Origin: Tolumonas osonensis
GTDB taxonomy: Bacteria > Pseudomonadota > Gammaproteobacteria > Enterobacterales > Aeromonadaceae
Reading direction: 5' to 3'
DNA length: 24,000 nt
Assembly (NCBI RefSeq): GCF_014202415.1
Contig: NZ_JACHGR010000007.1
Coordinates: 224,786-248,785, forward strand
Below the pieces are notes generated by a model. That model saw nothing but the letters and a program-made list of their open reading frames with translations. It did no database searches and was not told where the DNA came from. Below, one piece after another: positions 1 through 9,451 of the stretch; position 1 is the stretch's first letter; the number at the start of each line of letters is the position of its first letter. Position numbers and translations under genes: made by a program.

Positions 1-837
1 ACCGGAGAATGTCAGGTTGTTGCCACGCCCGCAGCCAGCCAGCTTCCATTCATCCGCAATAATCCGCGTACCGATGTCGATATTCAGAGCAACATGAATA
101 CCACTTATCTGGCGCTGAATACGCACCAGAAACCGCTGAACGATGTGCGTGTACGTCGGGCTATTGCCATGGCCGTTAACAAGGATAACCTGCAACATGC
201 TGTGTTCTACGATACCGGAGAGGCCGCGTCCAGCTTACTACCCCCAGCCTCCTGGGCTCATCATCCAAATCTGGATGAATACTATTATGATCCCGACCAG
301 GCAAAACAATTATTAAAGGAAGCCGGTTATCCAGACGGTTTGGAGCTTACGCTCTGGGTACAGCCGATTCCCCGCACTTACAATCCGGATGCGTCAAAAA
401 CAGCACAGTTACTGCAGGGCGATCTTGCCCGGATTGGCATTAATGTCCGGGTCATTGAAACGCGCTGGACAGTAATGCGGGCCAATCTGAAAGAAGGAAA
501 ACATGATATGGCTCTGTTGGCATGGGCTGCCGACAACGCCGATCCGGATAACTTCCTGCGCCCGCTGCTAAGTTGTGAAGCCATGAAGAATGGCGGTAAT
601 AATTACTCCGGCTGGTGTAATGATGATTTTGATTCACACTTAGATAATTCGCTGGCAACCCAGCGATTATCGCAACGGATTTTTGAGTATCAACGTACCC
701 AGGAAATGATTTATGAACATGTCCCTGTGATTCCGCTGGCTCATGCTTTGATCGTCAGCGCTTACTGGCAGAATATGCACAATATAATCATTCCGCCAAC
801 AGGTGGTGTTTCATTCAAAAAGGCATACCGGGAGTAA
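1..837 (+). CDS. sapA: Periplasmic peptide-binding protein of the Sap ABC transporter (family-5 SBP), C-terminal part; 5' end lies outside the window
   Basis: Frame 1 is open from nt 1, with no stop before the listed ATG at 94, so the CDS enters from the left edge. The translated sequence is typical of peptide/nickel-type solute-binding proteins. It lies immediately upstream of clear sapBCDF homologues. Stop TAA is at 835-837, and GGGAG at 829-833 serves the next gene. Confidence 0.8.
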   Translation, partial: TGECQVVATPAASQLPFIRNNPRTDVDIQSNMNTTYLALNTHQKPLNDVRVRRAIAMAVNKDNLQHAVFYDTGEAASSLLPPASWAHHPNLDEYYYDPDQAKQLLKEAGYPDGLELTLWVQPIPRTYNPDASKTAQLLQGDLARIGINVRVIETRWTVMRANLKEGKHDMALLAWAADNADPDNFLRPLLSCEAMKNGGNNYSGWCNDDFDSHLDNSLATQRLSQRIFEYQRTQEMIYEHVPVIPLAHALIVSAYWQNMHNIIIPPTGGVSFKKAYRE

Positions 838-840
838 ATT

Positions 841-1803
841 ATGCTTATTTACATATTACGCCGTTTAAGCCTGTTGTTTTTCACATTGCTGATACTGAGC
901 CTGCTGGCTTACGGTATGGATCGTAGTATTAACGCTTATCCGGAGACCGGACTACTCAGTGGCTACATTGAATTTGTGAGCCGCTTTTTCAGTGGGAACT
1001 GGGGTTTCTCCAGTGTCACCGGCGAGCCAGTGCTGGATAATGTGCTTTCCTATTTACCGGCAACGCTGGGGCTCTCACTGGCTGGAATTATCCTTGCCAC
1101 CATCATCGGTGTTGCGCTGGGTTCAATTGCAGCCATTTATCGTGAACGGTTACCGGATATCATGATTACCAACCTGAGTTTGCTGGGATTCTCCATTCCT
1201 GTTTACTGGTTGGCAACCCTGCTGATCATGACGCTTGCCATGCAACTGGGCTGGTTTCCTTCATCGGGACAACTCAGCCTGCTCTACCAGATCATACCGG
1301 TTACCGGATTCAGCTTACTGGATTGCTGGTTATCTGATAGTCCATACCGCATGGAAGCTTTTCTGAATGCACTACAACATCTGGTACTGCCAGCCAGTGT
1401 ACTTGCACTGGCTACAACCACGGAAGTGATCCGGCTGGTACGCAATTCACTCAGCGAAGTCATGGCCCAGGGATATATCAAAGCTGCATTAAGCCGTGGT
1501 CAATCAACCTGGAGTGTTATTCTGGCCCATGGCTTGCGGAATGCGCTGCCACCGATCTTACCAACACTGAGCATGCAATTCGGCACCATAGTGACGTCAG
1601 CCATTATTACCGAACAGATCTTTGAATGGCCGGGCCTGGGACGCTGGCTTGTCAGCAGTATCAGTGCCCGTGATTTTGCATCCGTGCAGGCCTGCATGCT
1701 GGTCATTGCGATTGCACTGATCATTATTAATATTTGTTCAGAATTGCTGACTGTTTTGTTTTACCCGGCCAAAAGGAAAGCGTTGTATGCCCAGCAAGGT
1801 TAG
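841..1803 (+). CDS. sapB: Sap ABC transporter permease (BPD_transp_1 type, 320 aa)
   Basis: 320-aa hydrophobic multi-pass protein. ATG is 6 nt after a GGGAG SD. Length and position match E. coli SapB (about 321 aa). It is second in the sapABCDF order. Confidence 0.85.
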   Translation: MLIYILRRLSLLFFTLLILSLLAYGMDRSINAYPETGLLSGYIEFVSRFFSGNWGFSSVTGEPVLDNVLSYLPATLGLSLAGIILATIIGVALGSIAAIYRERLPDIMITNLSLLGFSIPVYWLATLLIMTLAMQLGWFPSSGQLSLLYQIIPVTGFSLLDCWLSDSPYRMEAFLNALQHLVLPASVLALATTTEVIRLVRNSLSEVMAQGYIKAALSRGQSTWSVILAHGLRNALPPILPTLSMQFGTIVTSAIITEQIFEWPGLGRWLVSSISARDFASVQACMLVIAIALIIINICSELLTVLFYPAKRKALYAQQG

Positions 1804-2680
1804 AGTTTATCCTGAGATCCGCATACCATCGCCGCTGATCCAGACCTGGCAAACATTCCGCAAGAACTCCCGGGCAATGACCGGGTTGTGGATCTTCTCT
1901 TTCTTTATTGTCATGGCGGTGCTTGGTCCATCACTGACCAGCTACGATCCGTTTAGCCAGAATGCGGACGCCTTGTTACTACCCCCATCCTGGGAAACCA
2001 ACGGTTCTCTTCATTATTTTCTTGGCACCGATGACTTGGGCCGGGATGTGTTATCGCGTTTGCTATACGGCGCACAACTGACCTTCGGCAGTGCCTTGAC
2101 TGCTTGCGTACTGGCAATGCTGGTTGGCTCCGGTATTGGCATGATTGCCGGCATGCAGCATGGTCTGACCTCCAGTATTCTGTACCACATGCTGGATGTC
2201 TTGCTGTCGATCCCTTCACTGCTGCTGGCAATTGTGCTGGTTTCGGTCATGGGGGCGAGTCTGGAAAATGCGCTTCTGGCCATCACACTAGCATTACTCC
2301 CCCAATTTATACGAGCATCATTTAATGCGGTACGTGAAGTCGCCAATAAAGAATATATCATCGCGGTCCGGCTTGATGGTTCAACGCCATGGCGTATTCT
2401 CCGGCTGGCAATTCTCCCCAACATTCTTGATGTTCTGGTGACACAGACTACGCGCGGACTATCCACGGCCATTCTTGATATCAGCGCCGTCTGTTTTCTC
2501 GGCATCGGTGCCCAATCTCCACTGCCCGAGTGGGGTACCATGCTGGCGGATAGTCTGGATCTGGCCTACATATCGCCCTGGAACGTAGCGTTACCCGGAT
2601 TTGCCATCATGCTGAGCGTGGTAGCCACAAATCTGGTCGGTGAAGGTCTGCGTAAAGCACTGCAACAAGGACAGGAATAA
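1787..2680 (+). CDS. sapC: Sap ABC transporter permease (297 aa)
   Basis: The N-terminus (MP...) and the internal block [16 protein letters not shown] closely match E. coli SapC as I recall it. There is a 17-nt overlap with sapB and an AAGGAAA SD 7 nt upstream. Confidence 0.88.
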   Translation: MPSKVRVYPEIRIPSPLIQTWQTFRKNSRAMTGLWIFSFFIVMAVLGPSLTSYDPFSQNADALLLPPSWETNGSLHYFLGTDDLGRDVLSRLLYGAQLTFGSALTACVLAMLVGSGIGMIAGMQHGLTSSILYHMLDVLLSIPSLLLAIVLVSVMGASLENALLAITLALLPQFIRASFNAVREVANKEYIIAVRLDGSTPWRILRLAILPNILDVLVTQTTRGLSTAILDISAVCFLGIGAQSPLPEWGTMLADSLDLAYISPWNVALPGFAIMLSVVATNLVGEGLRKALQQGQE

Positions 2681-3678
2681 TGCCGCTGCTGGATATTCGT
2701 AATCTGACCATTGAAATCGGGACTTCACAAGGCCGGGTCAAAGTTGTCGACAAAATCAGCCTCACGATCAACGAGGGTGAAGTACGAGGACTTGTGGGTG
2801 AATCCGGTTCAGGGAAAAGCCTGGTTGCCAAAGCACTGGTTGGTATCACTAAAGATAACTGGCATGTATCCGCTGACCGTCTGCGGATCTGCGATGTCAA
2901 TATACTGGAACTGAGTGCCCGTCAGCGCCGCCAGTTTTTATCACAAAATATTGCTATGATTTTCCAGGAGCCCGTCTCCTGTCTGGATCCCTCAATTCCT
3001 GTTGGCGAACAATTGATGGAGGTTATTCCTGACCGGATGTTTGAAGGAAAATGGTGGCAACGTCCGTTCTGGCGTAAAAAGCACGCCAAAGCACTACTAC
3101 ATCGGGTAGGTGTGAAGGATCATGATCGTGTCATGCATGCTTATCCCCAGGAGTTGTCTGACGGCATTTGTCAGAAAGTCATGATAGCAATGGCCATTGC
3201 CGTCAAACCCCGGCTACTGATTGCGGATGAACCGATCAGTTCCATGGAAGCGACAACACAGGCACAGATCCTGCGGCTGCTTGATAAAATGAACGTGGTC
3301 AACAATACAACCATCTTGTTGATTAGTAATGATTTAACCGCTATTGCCAATCTGGCGGACTCCATCAGCGTCATGTACTGCGGACAAATGGTTGAAACAG
3401 GTACCCGAGAATCGATCCTGAAAAATCCGCACCATCCTTATACTGATGCTTTGCTGAATGCACTGCCGGATTTCACTCAGGATCTGCCGCATAAATCCTT
3501 ACTAACCACATTGCCCGGCTCGATTCCACCACTGCAGCATTTACCTATTGGCTGCCGTCTGGGTCCGCGCTGTCCCTATGCACAAAAAATGTGTGTCCGT
3601 ATGCCAGGTGTCACTCAGTTAAAAGGACATCAGTTTTATTGCCATTTCCCGCTGAACATGGAGGAATCCAGCCGATGA
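2680..3678 (+). CDS. sapD: Sap ABC transporter ATP-binding subunit (332 aa)
   Basis: [12 protein letters not shown]..., Walker A GESGSGKS, Walker B LLIADEP, a family-typical degenerate signature LSDGICQKV, and C-terminal [15 protein letters not shown]...CHFPLNME. This is near-colinear with E. coli SapD. TAATG overlap with the sapC stop. Confidence 0.92.
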   Translation: MPLLDIRNLTIEIGTSQGRVKVVDKISLTINEGEVRGLVGESGSGKSLVAKALVGITKDNWHVSADRLRICDVNILELSARQRRQFLSQNIAMIFQEPVSCLDPSIPVGEQLMEVIPDRMFEGKWWQRPFWRKKHAKALLHRVGVKDHDRVMHAYPQELSDGICQKVMIAMAIAVKPRLLIADEPISSMEATTQAQILRLLDKMNVVNNTTILLISNDLTAIANLADSISVMYCGQMVETGTRESILKNPHHPYTDALLNALPDFTQDLPHKSLLTTLPGSIPPLQHLPIGCRLGPRCPYAQKMCVRMPGVTQLKGHQFYCHFPLNMEESSR

Positions 3679-4460
3679 GCTCCGTACCATTATTGAAAGT
3701 CAGCGGTATCAATAAAACCTTTTTTAACCGCGTCGGTTTATTTCGCCGGAAAGCTGTTCAGGTACTGAAAGATATTTCGTTTACGATGGAATCCGGAGAA
3801 ACATTGGCTCTGGTTGGTGAAACAGGTTCTGGCAAAAGTACTCTGGCTAAAATCCTGGCCGGCGTGGTCCCTCCAACCTCCGGTGAGATTGAAGTTAACG
3901 GTGAAGTGATCGCGTATGAAGATACCCAGAAACGCTGCAAACTGATCCGTATGATTTTTCAGGATCCCAACTCCTCGCTGAATCCCCAATTGCGGGTTGG
4001 CCGGATACTGGAGGCACCACTGCGTCTGAATACTGAGCTGAGCGAAGAAGAGCGTGCAAATACGGTGATAGAAACATTACGTATGGTGGGCCTGCTGCCT
4101 GAACATGCGCTGTTCTATCCGCAAATGATATCGCTCGGGCAGAAACAGCGGGTCGCGTTTGCTCGGGCACTCATCCTCAATCCTAAAATCATTGTCGCTG
4201 ACGAAGCATTTTCAATGCTCGACGTGTCTATGCGTTCGCAAGTCGTCAACCTGCTACTTAAATTACAAGACCGGCTAGGATTGTCTTATGTCGTTGTGGC
4301 CAATGATCTGGGGTTGGTGCGTCACATCAGTGACAAGGTACTGATCATGCATCAAGGGGAAATTGTAGAAAGCGGTGCCACCAGCGAGGTTTTCGCCAAT
4401 CCTCAGCATGATATCACCAAGCGGTTGATTCAAAACCACGGACATGAATACCGCCGGTAA
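3675..4460 (+). CDS. sapF: Sap ABC transporter ATP-binding subunit (261 aa)
   Basis: The track ORF starts at 3591. The biologically sensible start is ATG 3675 ([16 protein letters not shown]...), which overlaps the sapD stop as ATGA and lies 9 nt after GGAGGA (3660-3665). Walker [15 protein letters not shown] signature region and Walker B IIVADEA are present. Colinear with E. coli SapF. Confidence 0.9.
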   Translation: MSSVPLLKVSGINKTFFNRVGLFRRKAVQVLKDISFTMESGETLALVGETGSGKSTLAKILAGVVPPTSGEIEVNGEVIAYEDTQKRCKLIRMIFQDPNSSLNPQLRVGRILEAPLRLNTELSEEERANTVIETLRMVGLLPEHALFYPQMISLGQKQRVAFARALILNPKIIVADEAFSMLDVSMRSQVVNLLLKLQDRLGLSYVVVANDLGLVRHISDKVLIMHQGEIVESGATSEVFANPQHDITKRLIQNHGHEYRR

Positions 4461-4487
4461 GCTTCATCAGTTATCCGAATATAAAAA

Positions 4488-4507
4488 AGCCCTGAAAATT
4501 CAGGGCT
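4488..4507. terminator. Bidirectional rho-independent terminator between convergent sapF and pgm
   Basis: Perfect 7-bp stem AGCCCTG / CAGGGCT with a 6-nt loop (aaaatt). It is flanked by an A-run upstream (aaaaaa) and a T-rich tract downstream (ctatttta), so each strand sees a hairpin followed by a U-tract. Confidence 0.8.
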
Positions 4508-4528
4508 CTATTTTATTGGCTGGACGAA

Positions 4529-6178
4529 TTATACGCCCGCTTTAGCCAACGCGGCTGACACAATCTGTTGCGCTTCCTGCTGGATCGCATCCAGATGTGC
4601 TTCACCTTTGAAGCTTTCCATATAGATCTTGTAGATAGACTCGGTGCCGCTCGGACGAGCCGCAAACCAACCGTTCTCGGTCACTACCTTCAGACCACCG
4701 ATAGCAGCATTGTTACCCGGCGCTTTAGTCAGTTTCGCCAGAATCGGTTCGCCTGCCAGCATAGTTGCCTCAACCAGCTCAGGACTCAGTTTCGACAATA
4801 CCGCTTTCTGGGCAGTATTTGCCGGCGCATCAATACGACGGTACACCGGTGCACCAAACTCTTTGGTCAGCTCATTGTATAACTGCTGTGGATCTTTTCC
4901 GGTCACCGCCAGAATTTCAGCAGACAGCAATGCCAGAATGAAACCATCTTTATCGGTTGTCCAGACAGTACCGTCTTTACGCAGGAAAGATGCGCCCGCA
5001 CTTTCTTCGCCGCCAAAACCGAAGCTGCCATCAAACAGGCCATCGACAAACCATTTGAAACCAACCGGTACTTCTTTCAGATCACGGCCAATTTTGCCGG
5101 CAACACGATCAATGATTGAAGAGGAAACCAGTGTCTTACCTACCGCCGCCTGTTTTGGCCAGTTTGGACGATGCGTAAACAGGTATTCAATAGCCACTGC
5201 CAGATAGTGGTTAGGATTCATCAGACCGGATTTGGTCACGATACCATGACGGTCATAATCCGGGTCGTTACCCAATGCGATATCAAATTTGTCTTTCAGA
5301 CCAATCAGGCTCGCCATCGCCCACGGGCTGGAGCAATCCATACGCACTTTGCCATCTTTATCCAAAGTCATGAACGAGAAAGTCGGATCAACGCGATAGT
5401 TAACCACTTCAATGTTCAGACCATAGGTCTTGGCAATCACATCCCAGTAGGCAACACCGGCACCACCCAACGGATCAACACCAATCTTGATACCGGATTT
5501 ACGGATCGCTTCCATATCCAGGACGTTACCCAAGTCATTCACATAAGGGGTAACGTAGTCGTATTCTTCAACAAATTCGGAAGCCATCGCTGCAGCGAAA
5601 GGCATCACTTTGACATCAGCACAACCGTTTTCCAGGATCTGGTTAGCGCGGTCTTCTACCCATTTGGTAATATCGCCTTCAGCCGGACCACCATGTGGCG
5701 GGTTATATTTGAAACCACCGTCTTCCGGCGGGTTATGAGAAGGAGTGATGACAACACCATCCGCCTGATCGGCATGGCCTGCACGGTTATAAGTCAGAAT
5801 AGCGTGTGATACTACCGGAGTCGGTGTATATCCCAGCCCTTGCTGAATGCGTACCTTAACACCATTTGCAGCCAGGACTTGTACCGCACTGGCTAATGCC
5901 GCTTCTGACAACGCATGGGTATCCATCCCAATGAACAGCGGACCGGTGATACCTTTGTCTTGACGGTATTCGGCCAATGCCTGACTGACTGCCTGGATAT
6001 GAGACTCTGTGAAAGCACTGTTCAGTGAACTACCGCGGTGGCCAGACGTACCAAACGCCACACGTTGTTCCGGCAATTTCATATCCGGTTTATTCAGATA
6101 GTACGCGGCAACCAGACGTGGAATATTGGTTAAGTCTTCAACGCGAGCTGGTTTGCCTGCATGTGGATGTTGTGCCAT
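4529..6178 (-). CDS. pgm: Phosphoglucomutase, alpha-D-glucose phosphate-specific (549 aa)
   Basis: Contains the phosphoserine active-site motif [15 protein letters not shown]. Its length is close to that of E. coli Pgm (546 aa). AGGAAG SD lies 6 nt upstream. It is immediately downstream of seqA, as in the E. coli seqA-pgm operon. Confidence 0.93.
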   Translation of the reverse strand: MAQHPHAGKPARVEDLTNIPRLVAAYYLNKPDMKLPEQRVAFGTSGHRGSSLNSAFTESHIQAVSQALAEYRQDKGITGPLFIGMDTHALSEAALASAVQVLAANGVKVRIQQGLGYTPTPVVSHAILTYNRAGHADQADGVVITPSHNPPEDGGFKYNPPHGGPAEGDITKWVEDRANQILENGCADVKVMPFAAAMASEFVEEYDYVTPYVNDLGNVLDMEAIRKSGIKIGVDPLGGAGVAYWDVIAKTYGLNIEVVNYRVDPTFSFMTLDKDGKVRMDCSSPWAMASLIGLKDKFDIALGNDPDYDRHGIVTKSGLMNPNHYLAVAIEYLFTHRPNWPKQAAVGKTLVSSSIIDRVAGKIGRDLKEVPVGFKWFVDGLFDGSFGFGGEESAGASFLRKDGTVWTTDKDGFILALLSAEILAVTGKDPQQLYNELTKEFGAPVYRRIDAPANTAQKAVLSKLSPELVEATMLAGEPILAKLTKAPGNNAAIGGLKVVTENGWFAARPSGTESIYKIYMESFKGEAHLDAIQQEAQQIVSAALAKAGV

Positions 6179-6197
6179 ATAACGACTTCCTGTTCTT

Positions 6198-6722
6198 TTA
6201 TACCTTGTTACAAACCTCTGCGATTGTTTCTGCAGAGTAGCCCATGACCTGCATTAACTGCTTAATAATCAAGCGCTTACGGCCAGTATTCGTGTTAGTA
6301 ATAACCCAGTACGGGGTCTCGGGGACAGGTTTAGGCTTAGTAGTCGTACCGTTATCCAGCAAGGCTTGCGGATCTTCAGCAAAATAAATCCGCTTACGAC
6401 CTTTAATGTCGGCAGCACGTCTGAAAGCATCCGGTTGAGAACGATACAAAGCAGAAAGAATCAGCATAAAACGTGCGATAGCACTCTCTTCCCTTGCAAG
6501 TTGTGCATCGTTAAGCAATGCAGCCAGAACATCCACTGAATTCCCGTTCGCTTGTTCTGTTGCTGCTTCATGATCCGATAACGCGAACACAGCCGTTTCC
6601 GTATCTGCATCCTGAGGCAAAGCAAGCAGGCGTCTTAAAATATCAGAAGCACTCTCACCAATATGCAAGGTACGGCTGGCAATGTAACGGTATATCTGAT
6701 CATCAACCTCGATGGTTTTCAT
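6198..6722 (-). CDS. seqA: Replication-initiation negative modulator SeqA (174 aa)
   Basis: The N-terminus [33 protein letters not shown] is the recognisable SeqA oligomerisation domain. The C-terminal part is SeqA DNA-binding-domain-like. Conserved seqA-pgm synteny. Confidence 0.9.
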   Translation of the reverse strand: MKTIEVDDQIYRYIASRTLHIGESASDILRRLLALPQDADTETAVFALSDHEAATEQANGNSVDVLAALLNDAQLAREESAIARFMLILSALYRSQPDAFRRAADIKGRKRIYFAEDPQALLDNGTTTKPKPVPETPYWVITNTNTGRKRLIIKQLMQVMGYSAETIAEVCNKV

Positions 6723-7031
6723 TCTTCTTTGATTCCGACACTTTGAATATAGACAACAGCCGGATTATACATAAGCCATAGCAGCAAACCTAACCCTGTG
6801 CATGGTGTTTAGCGAGCCCCGTGCCTTTACAGTCGCATAAATTCCGGCGTAACACACCCGGGATCATCTCCGCACGTGACTCATCCCTCATTTTGATTTC
6901 AGATTACGCCAATCGGATTATTTCGTTAACCAGGAGAATAAATCCATCTTTCGCCATCAGAACAAAGTTTGATTCACTCTATTGATACAAATTTGTTAAA
7001 ATTACGTTACATTGATGTTCAAGGATAAGAT

Positions 7032-7817
7032 GTGAAACTGAATTACCAGATAACCCCAGCTCCACAGGCTGCAACCATTCCGGTTGTATTATTGCATGGC
7101 CTGTTTGGGAAACAGGATAATCTGGGATTATTGAAACAACATCTCATGACGCAATACTCGGTCATTTCTGTTGATTTACGGAATCATGGCCTGTCGGAAT
7201 GGCATTCCGAAATGAATTATCATGCCATGGGCGAGGATATTCTGGCATTACTGGCGCAGCTTCATATTCCTCAGGCACATCTGATTGGTCACTCCATGGG
7301 TGGAAAAGCGGCAATGGCTGTTGCGATACAACAACCCACCCAGGTTGCCTCGCTTACCGTGGCGGATATCGCACCAGTCAGCTATCAGCAGGATCGCCAT
7401 TCTGCTGTTTTTGCCGCTCTGCAGACCGTAGCAAAGAAGCCGGAGGTAACCTCCCGCAAAGATGCTGATACTCTGATGAGCCAGCATCTGGCCGAACCAT
7501 CCGTGCGCCAGTTTCTGTTGAAGTCATTCAGCAATGACTCACCTTCCCATTGGCAATTTAATCTCGATACCCTGGCAACCCATTATAGCGACATCATGGG
7601 GTGGCCATTTTCAGCCGATCAACAATACCCGGGGCCAGTTCTTTTTATCAAAGGCGGCGCGTCGGACTATCTGCAGCCAGAACATCAACCAGCCATCATG
7701 AATCATTTTCCTAACGCCACTGCCCGCGTCATCCCCAGCTGTGGACATTGGCTACATGCGGAAAAACCGGCTTTATTCAATGGTATTGTGGAGCGGTTTC
7801 TACAACAGGTGAGCTAG
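7032..7817 (+). CDS. ybfF: Alpha/beta-hydrolase esterase YbfF (261 aa), GTG start
   Basis: VVLLHGLFG oxyanion region, GHSMGG nucleophile elbow and C-terminal GHWLHAEKP (catalytic His). Colinear with E. coli YbfF. Divergent from seqA, as in E. coli. The start codon at 7032 is GTG. Confidence 0.88.
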   Translation: MKLNYQITPAPQAATIPVVLLHGLFGKQDNLGLLKQHLMTQYSVISVDLRNHGLSEWHSEMNYHAMGEDILALLAQLHIPQAHLIGHSMGGKAAMAVAIQQPTQVASLTVADIAPVSYQQDRHSAVFAALQTVAKKPEVTSRKDADTLMSQHLAEPSVRQFLLKSFSNDSPSHWQFNLDTLATHYSDIMGWPFSADQQYPGPVLFIKGGASDYLQPEHQPAIMNHFPNATARVIPSCGHWLHAEKPALFNGIVERFLQQVS

Positions 7818-7857
7818 CCCGTCGGGCTTATCATGCGTTATGCTTTCTTTCACATTG

Positions 7858-7866
7858 TGATATAGT
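7858..7866 (+). promoter_or_regulatory. Candidate extended -10 element (TGaTATAGT) for ybfE-fldA
   Basis: TGnTATAGT lies 56 nt upstream of the ybfE ATG. The -35 at 17-nt spacing (TTATGC) is weak, which is tolerated with an extended -10. Sequence match only. Confidence 0.3.
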
Positions 7867-7921
7867 GCGCCCCCTATTGAGAAAGCTCGCACCTGAACCT
7901 TGTCTGAAAGTAGTTTTATAT

Positions 7922-8215
7922 ATGGCAAAACATCGATCGGATCGTACCACACTGGATCTGTTTGCTGACGAAAAGCGTCCAGGGCGCCCCAAGACTAATC
8001 CTCATCCACGTGAATTACAGCTGAAAATCAATAAACGTAATCAGCTGAAACGGGATAAGGAAAAAGGGCTCCACCGGGTTGAACTCAAACTCGAGGCCAC
8101 GTTATTGGATGATCTCAATCAGCTGGCAGATGCCCGTAGTATTAGCCGGTCAGAACTTATTCAGGAGCTGGTCCGGGAATACGTTAGCACTCAGCGCTCC
8201 ACCCAGCTAAAATAG
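7922..8215 (+). CDS. ybfE: YbfE-like small CopG/ribbon-helix-helix family protein ('LexA-regulated protein' homologue, 97 aa)
   Basis: The track ORF (7748-) overlaps the ybfF 3' end. The internal ATG 7922 gives MAKHRSDRTTLDLFADEKRPGRPKTNP...INKRNQLKRDKEKGLHRVELKL...SRSELI, colinear with E. coli YbfE (97 aa) as I recall it. It sits between ybfF and fldA, as in E. coli. Confidence 0.8.
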   Translation: MAKHRSDRTTLDLFADEKRPGRPKTNPHPRELQLKINKRNQLKRDKEKGLHRVELKLEATLLDDLNQLADARSISRSELIQELVREYVSTQRSTQLK

Positions 8216-8259
8216 TAAACAGCATTTTTGAATTCCGACGAACAAGGAAAACTCATTTT

Positions 8260-8784
8260 ATGGCACTGATAGGTCTGTTCTTTGGCAGTGACACCGGTAA
8301 TACCGAAGCCGTTGCCGGCATGATCCAGAAAGAACTGGGCAGCGATCTGGTTGATGTACTGGACGTGGCGCAGAGTACCCACGCTGATTTTGAGAAATAT
8401 GATTTGCTGATCTTGGGCATTCCAACCTGGTATTACGGCGAATCTCAAGCTGACTGGGATGATTTCTATCCGGAACTGGAAAAAGTCGATTTCAGCAGCA
8501 AACTGGTTGCCATTTTTGGTTGTGGTGATCAGGAAGATTATGCTGAATACTTCCTGGATGCGATGGGTACCTTACGAGATCTGGTACAGGCAAAAGGCGC
8601 CACTATTGTTGGTTACTGGCCGACCGATGGTTATCAGTTCGAAGCATCGAAAGCGCTGGTAGATGATAAACATTTTGTGGGCCTGGGTATCGACGAAGAT
8701 CGTCAACCGGAGCTGACCGCTGAACGTGTTGCGGCATGGTGCCAGCAATTACGGGAAGAAATGTGTTTATCCGAGTTGGTATAA
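8260..8784 (+). CDS. fldA: Flavodoxin I (174 aa)
   Basis: N-terminal FMN-phosphate loop MALIGLFFGSDTGNTE and long-chain flavodoxin length. Conserved fldA-fur adjacency. Confidence 0.93.
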   Translation: MALIGLFFGSDTGNTEAVAGMIQKELGSDLVDVLDVAQSTHADFEKYDLLILGIPTWYYGESQADWDDFYPELEKVDFSSKLVAIFGCGDQEDYAEYFLDAMGTLRDLVQAKGATIVGYWPTDGYQFEASKALVDDKHFVGLGIDEDRQPELTAERVAAWCQQLREEMCLSELV

Positions 8785-8800
8785 CTCTCTCCGCTCCGTA

Positions 8801-8830
8801 AAGCCTGTGAATTTCACAGGCTTTATTTTA
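8801..8830 (+). terminator. Rho-independent terminator after fldA
   Basis: 9-bp perfect stem AAGCCTGTG (8801-8809) / CACAGGCTT (8815-8823) with loop aattt, followed by tattttat. Confidence 0.8.
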
Positions 8831-8884
8831 TATATAAATGCGAATCATCCGCGTAACACATTTCTTTTTCTTTGTTTTGCGCCC

Positions 8885-8890
8885 TATAAT
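8885..8890 (+). promoter_or_regulatory. Candidate fur -10 hexamer (TATAAT)
   Basis: A perfect TATAAT lies 55 nt upstream of the fur ATG and downstream of the fldA terminator. No good -35 (TTCTTT at 17 nt). Sequence match only. Confidence 0.3.
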
Positions 8891-8944
8891 GGGGTAAGCC
8901 CTACTCGCAGCAGTCTCAAACCTGCCCCAAGAATACAGAGAGCT

Positions 8945-9376
8945 ATGACAGACCATAATCAGCAATTGAAAGATGCCGGACTAAAAATCACCTCTCCCCG
9001 GGTTAAGATTTTAGAGTATCTGCGCCAGCCTGAATGTCAGCACATCAGTGCGGAAGACCTTTATAAACTGCTGCTGGACAATGGTGAAGAGATTGGCCTG
9101 GCCACCGTTTACCGTGTACTGAACCAGTTTGATGATGCAGGCATAGTAACGCGCCACCACTTCGAAGGTGGTAAATCTGTTTTTGAACTGGCGCAGCAAC
9201 ATCACCATGATCATCTGGTATGTCTGGATTGTGGCAGTGTCGTCGAGTTTTCAGACGAAATTATTGAGCAGCGCCAGAAAGAGATCGCCGCGCAACATGG
9301 TATGAAGCTGACCCACCACAGTCTGTATCTGTATGGTCACTGTGCCAAAGAGAATTGTCCCAATCGTAAGGCATAA
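8945..9376 (+). CDS. fur: Ferric uptake regulator Fur (143 aa)
   Basis: MTDHNQQLKDAGLKITSPRVKILEYL...GLATVYRVLNQFDDAGIVTRHHFEGGKSVFEL.QQHHHDHLVCLDCG...HSLYLYGHC is near-identical in pattern to E. coli Fur. The in-frame upstream extension from 8726 crosses the fldA 3' end and terminator and is rejected. Confidence 0.95.
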   Translation: MTDHNQQLKDAGLKITSPRVKILEYLRQPECQHISAEDLYKLLLDNGEEIGLATVYRVLNQFDDAGIVTRHHFEGGKSVFELAQQHHHDHLVCLDCGSVVEFSDEIIEQRQKEIAAQHGMKLTHHSLYLYGHCAKENCPNRKA

Positions 9377-9406
9377 TTGATCTTTGCCGCGCGAAATCGG
9401 TATCAA

Positions 9407-9437
9407 TAAAAAATCCCGCATATAGCGGGATTTTTTA
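9407..9437. terminator. Bidirectional rho-independent terminator between convergent fur and slyD
   Basis: Stem ATCCCGC (9413-9419) / GCGGGAT (9425-9431) with loop atata, extended by a flanking A-run (aaaaaa) and T-run (tttttt), so it is symmetric for both strands. Confidence 0.85.
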
Positions 9438-9451
9438 TTTCTGCGGCTCAA

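Noticed and set aside
2014-2541. Long antisense or overlapping ORFs: 2014-2541(-), 4644-5207(+), 5171-5809(+), 11352-11864(-), 14920-15372(+), 19805-20164(+), and the many 60-120-aa ORFs nested in annotated genes
   Set aside because: All lie entirely inside, and antisense or out of frame to, strongly supported conserved genes (sapC, pgm, yheS, pdxJ, lepA). Their translations are low-complexity, Arg/Ser/Cys-rich 'shadow' sequences with no recognisable motifs and no SD.
8153-8158. Additional GAACTT hexamers (e.g. 8153-8158 on +, and 13785-13790 read on the minus strand) checked as possible extra sigma-E promoters
   Set aside because: None has a TCTGA, TCAAA or TCTAA element at the required 16-nt spacing, and both are inside coding sequence.
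8834-8852. Fur-box-like sequence ATAAATGCGAATCATCCGC upstream of fur (possible autoregulation)
   Set aside because: Only 11 of 19 positions match the GATAATGATAATCATTATC consensus by my alignment. The site also sits upstream of the position where a -35 would be for the only good -10 (TATAAT 8885-8890). This is too weak to call without a PWM score or comparative support.
8726-8944. N-terminal extensions offered by the ORF track: fur from 8726, sapF from 3591, ybfE from 7748, decarboxylase from GTG 13400
   Set aside because: The fur, sapF and ybfE extensions overlap the preceding gene and, for fur, run through a terminator hairpin. The internal ATGs give N-termini colinear with the E. coli proteins and have better SD or coupling context. 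The decarboxylase GTG 13400 cannot be fully excluded, and I kept it as an alternative.
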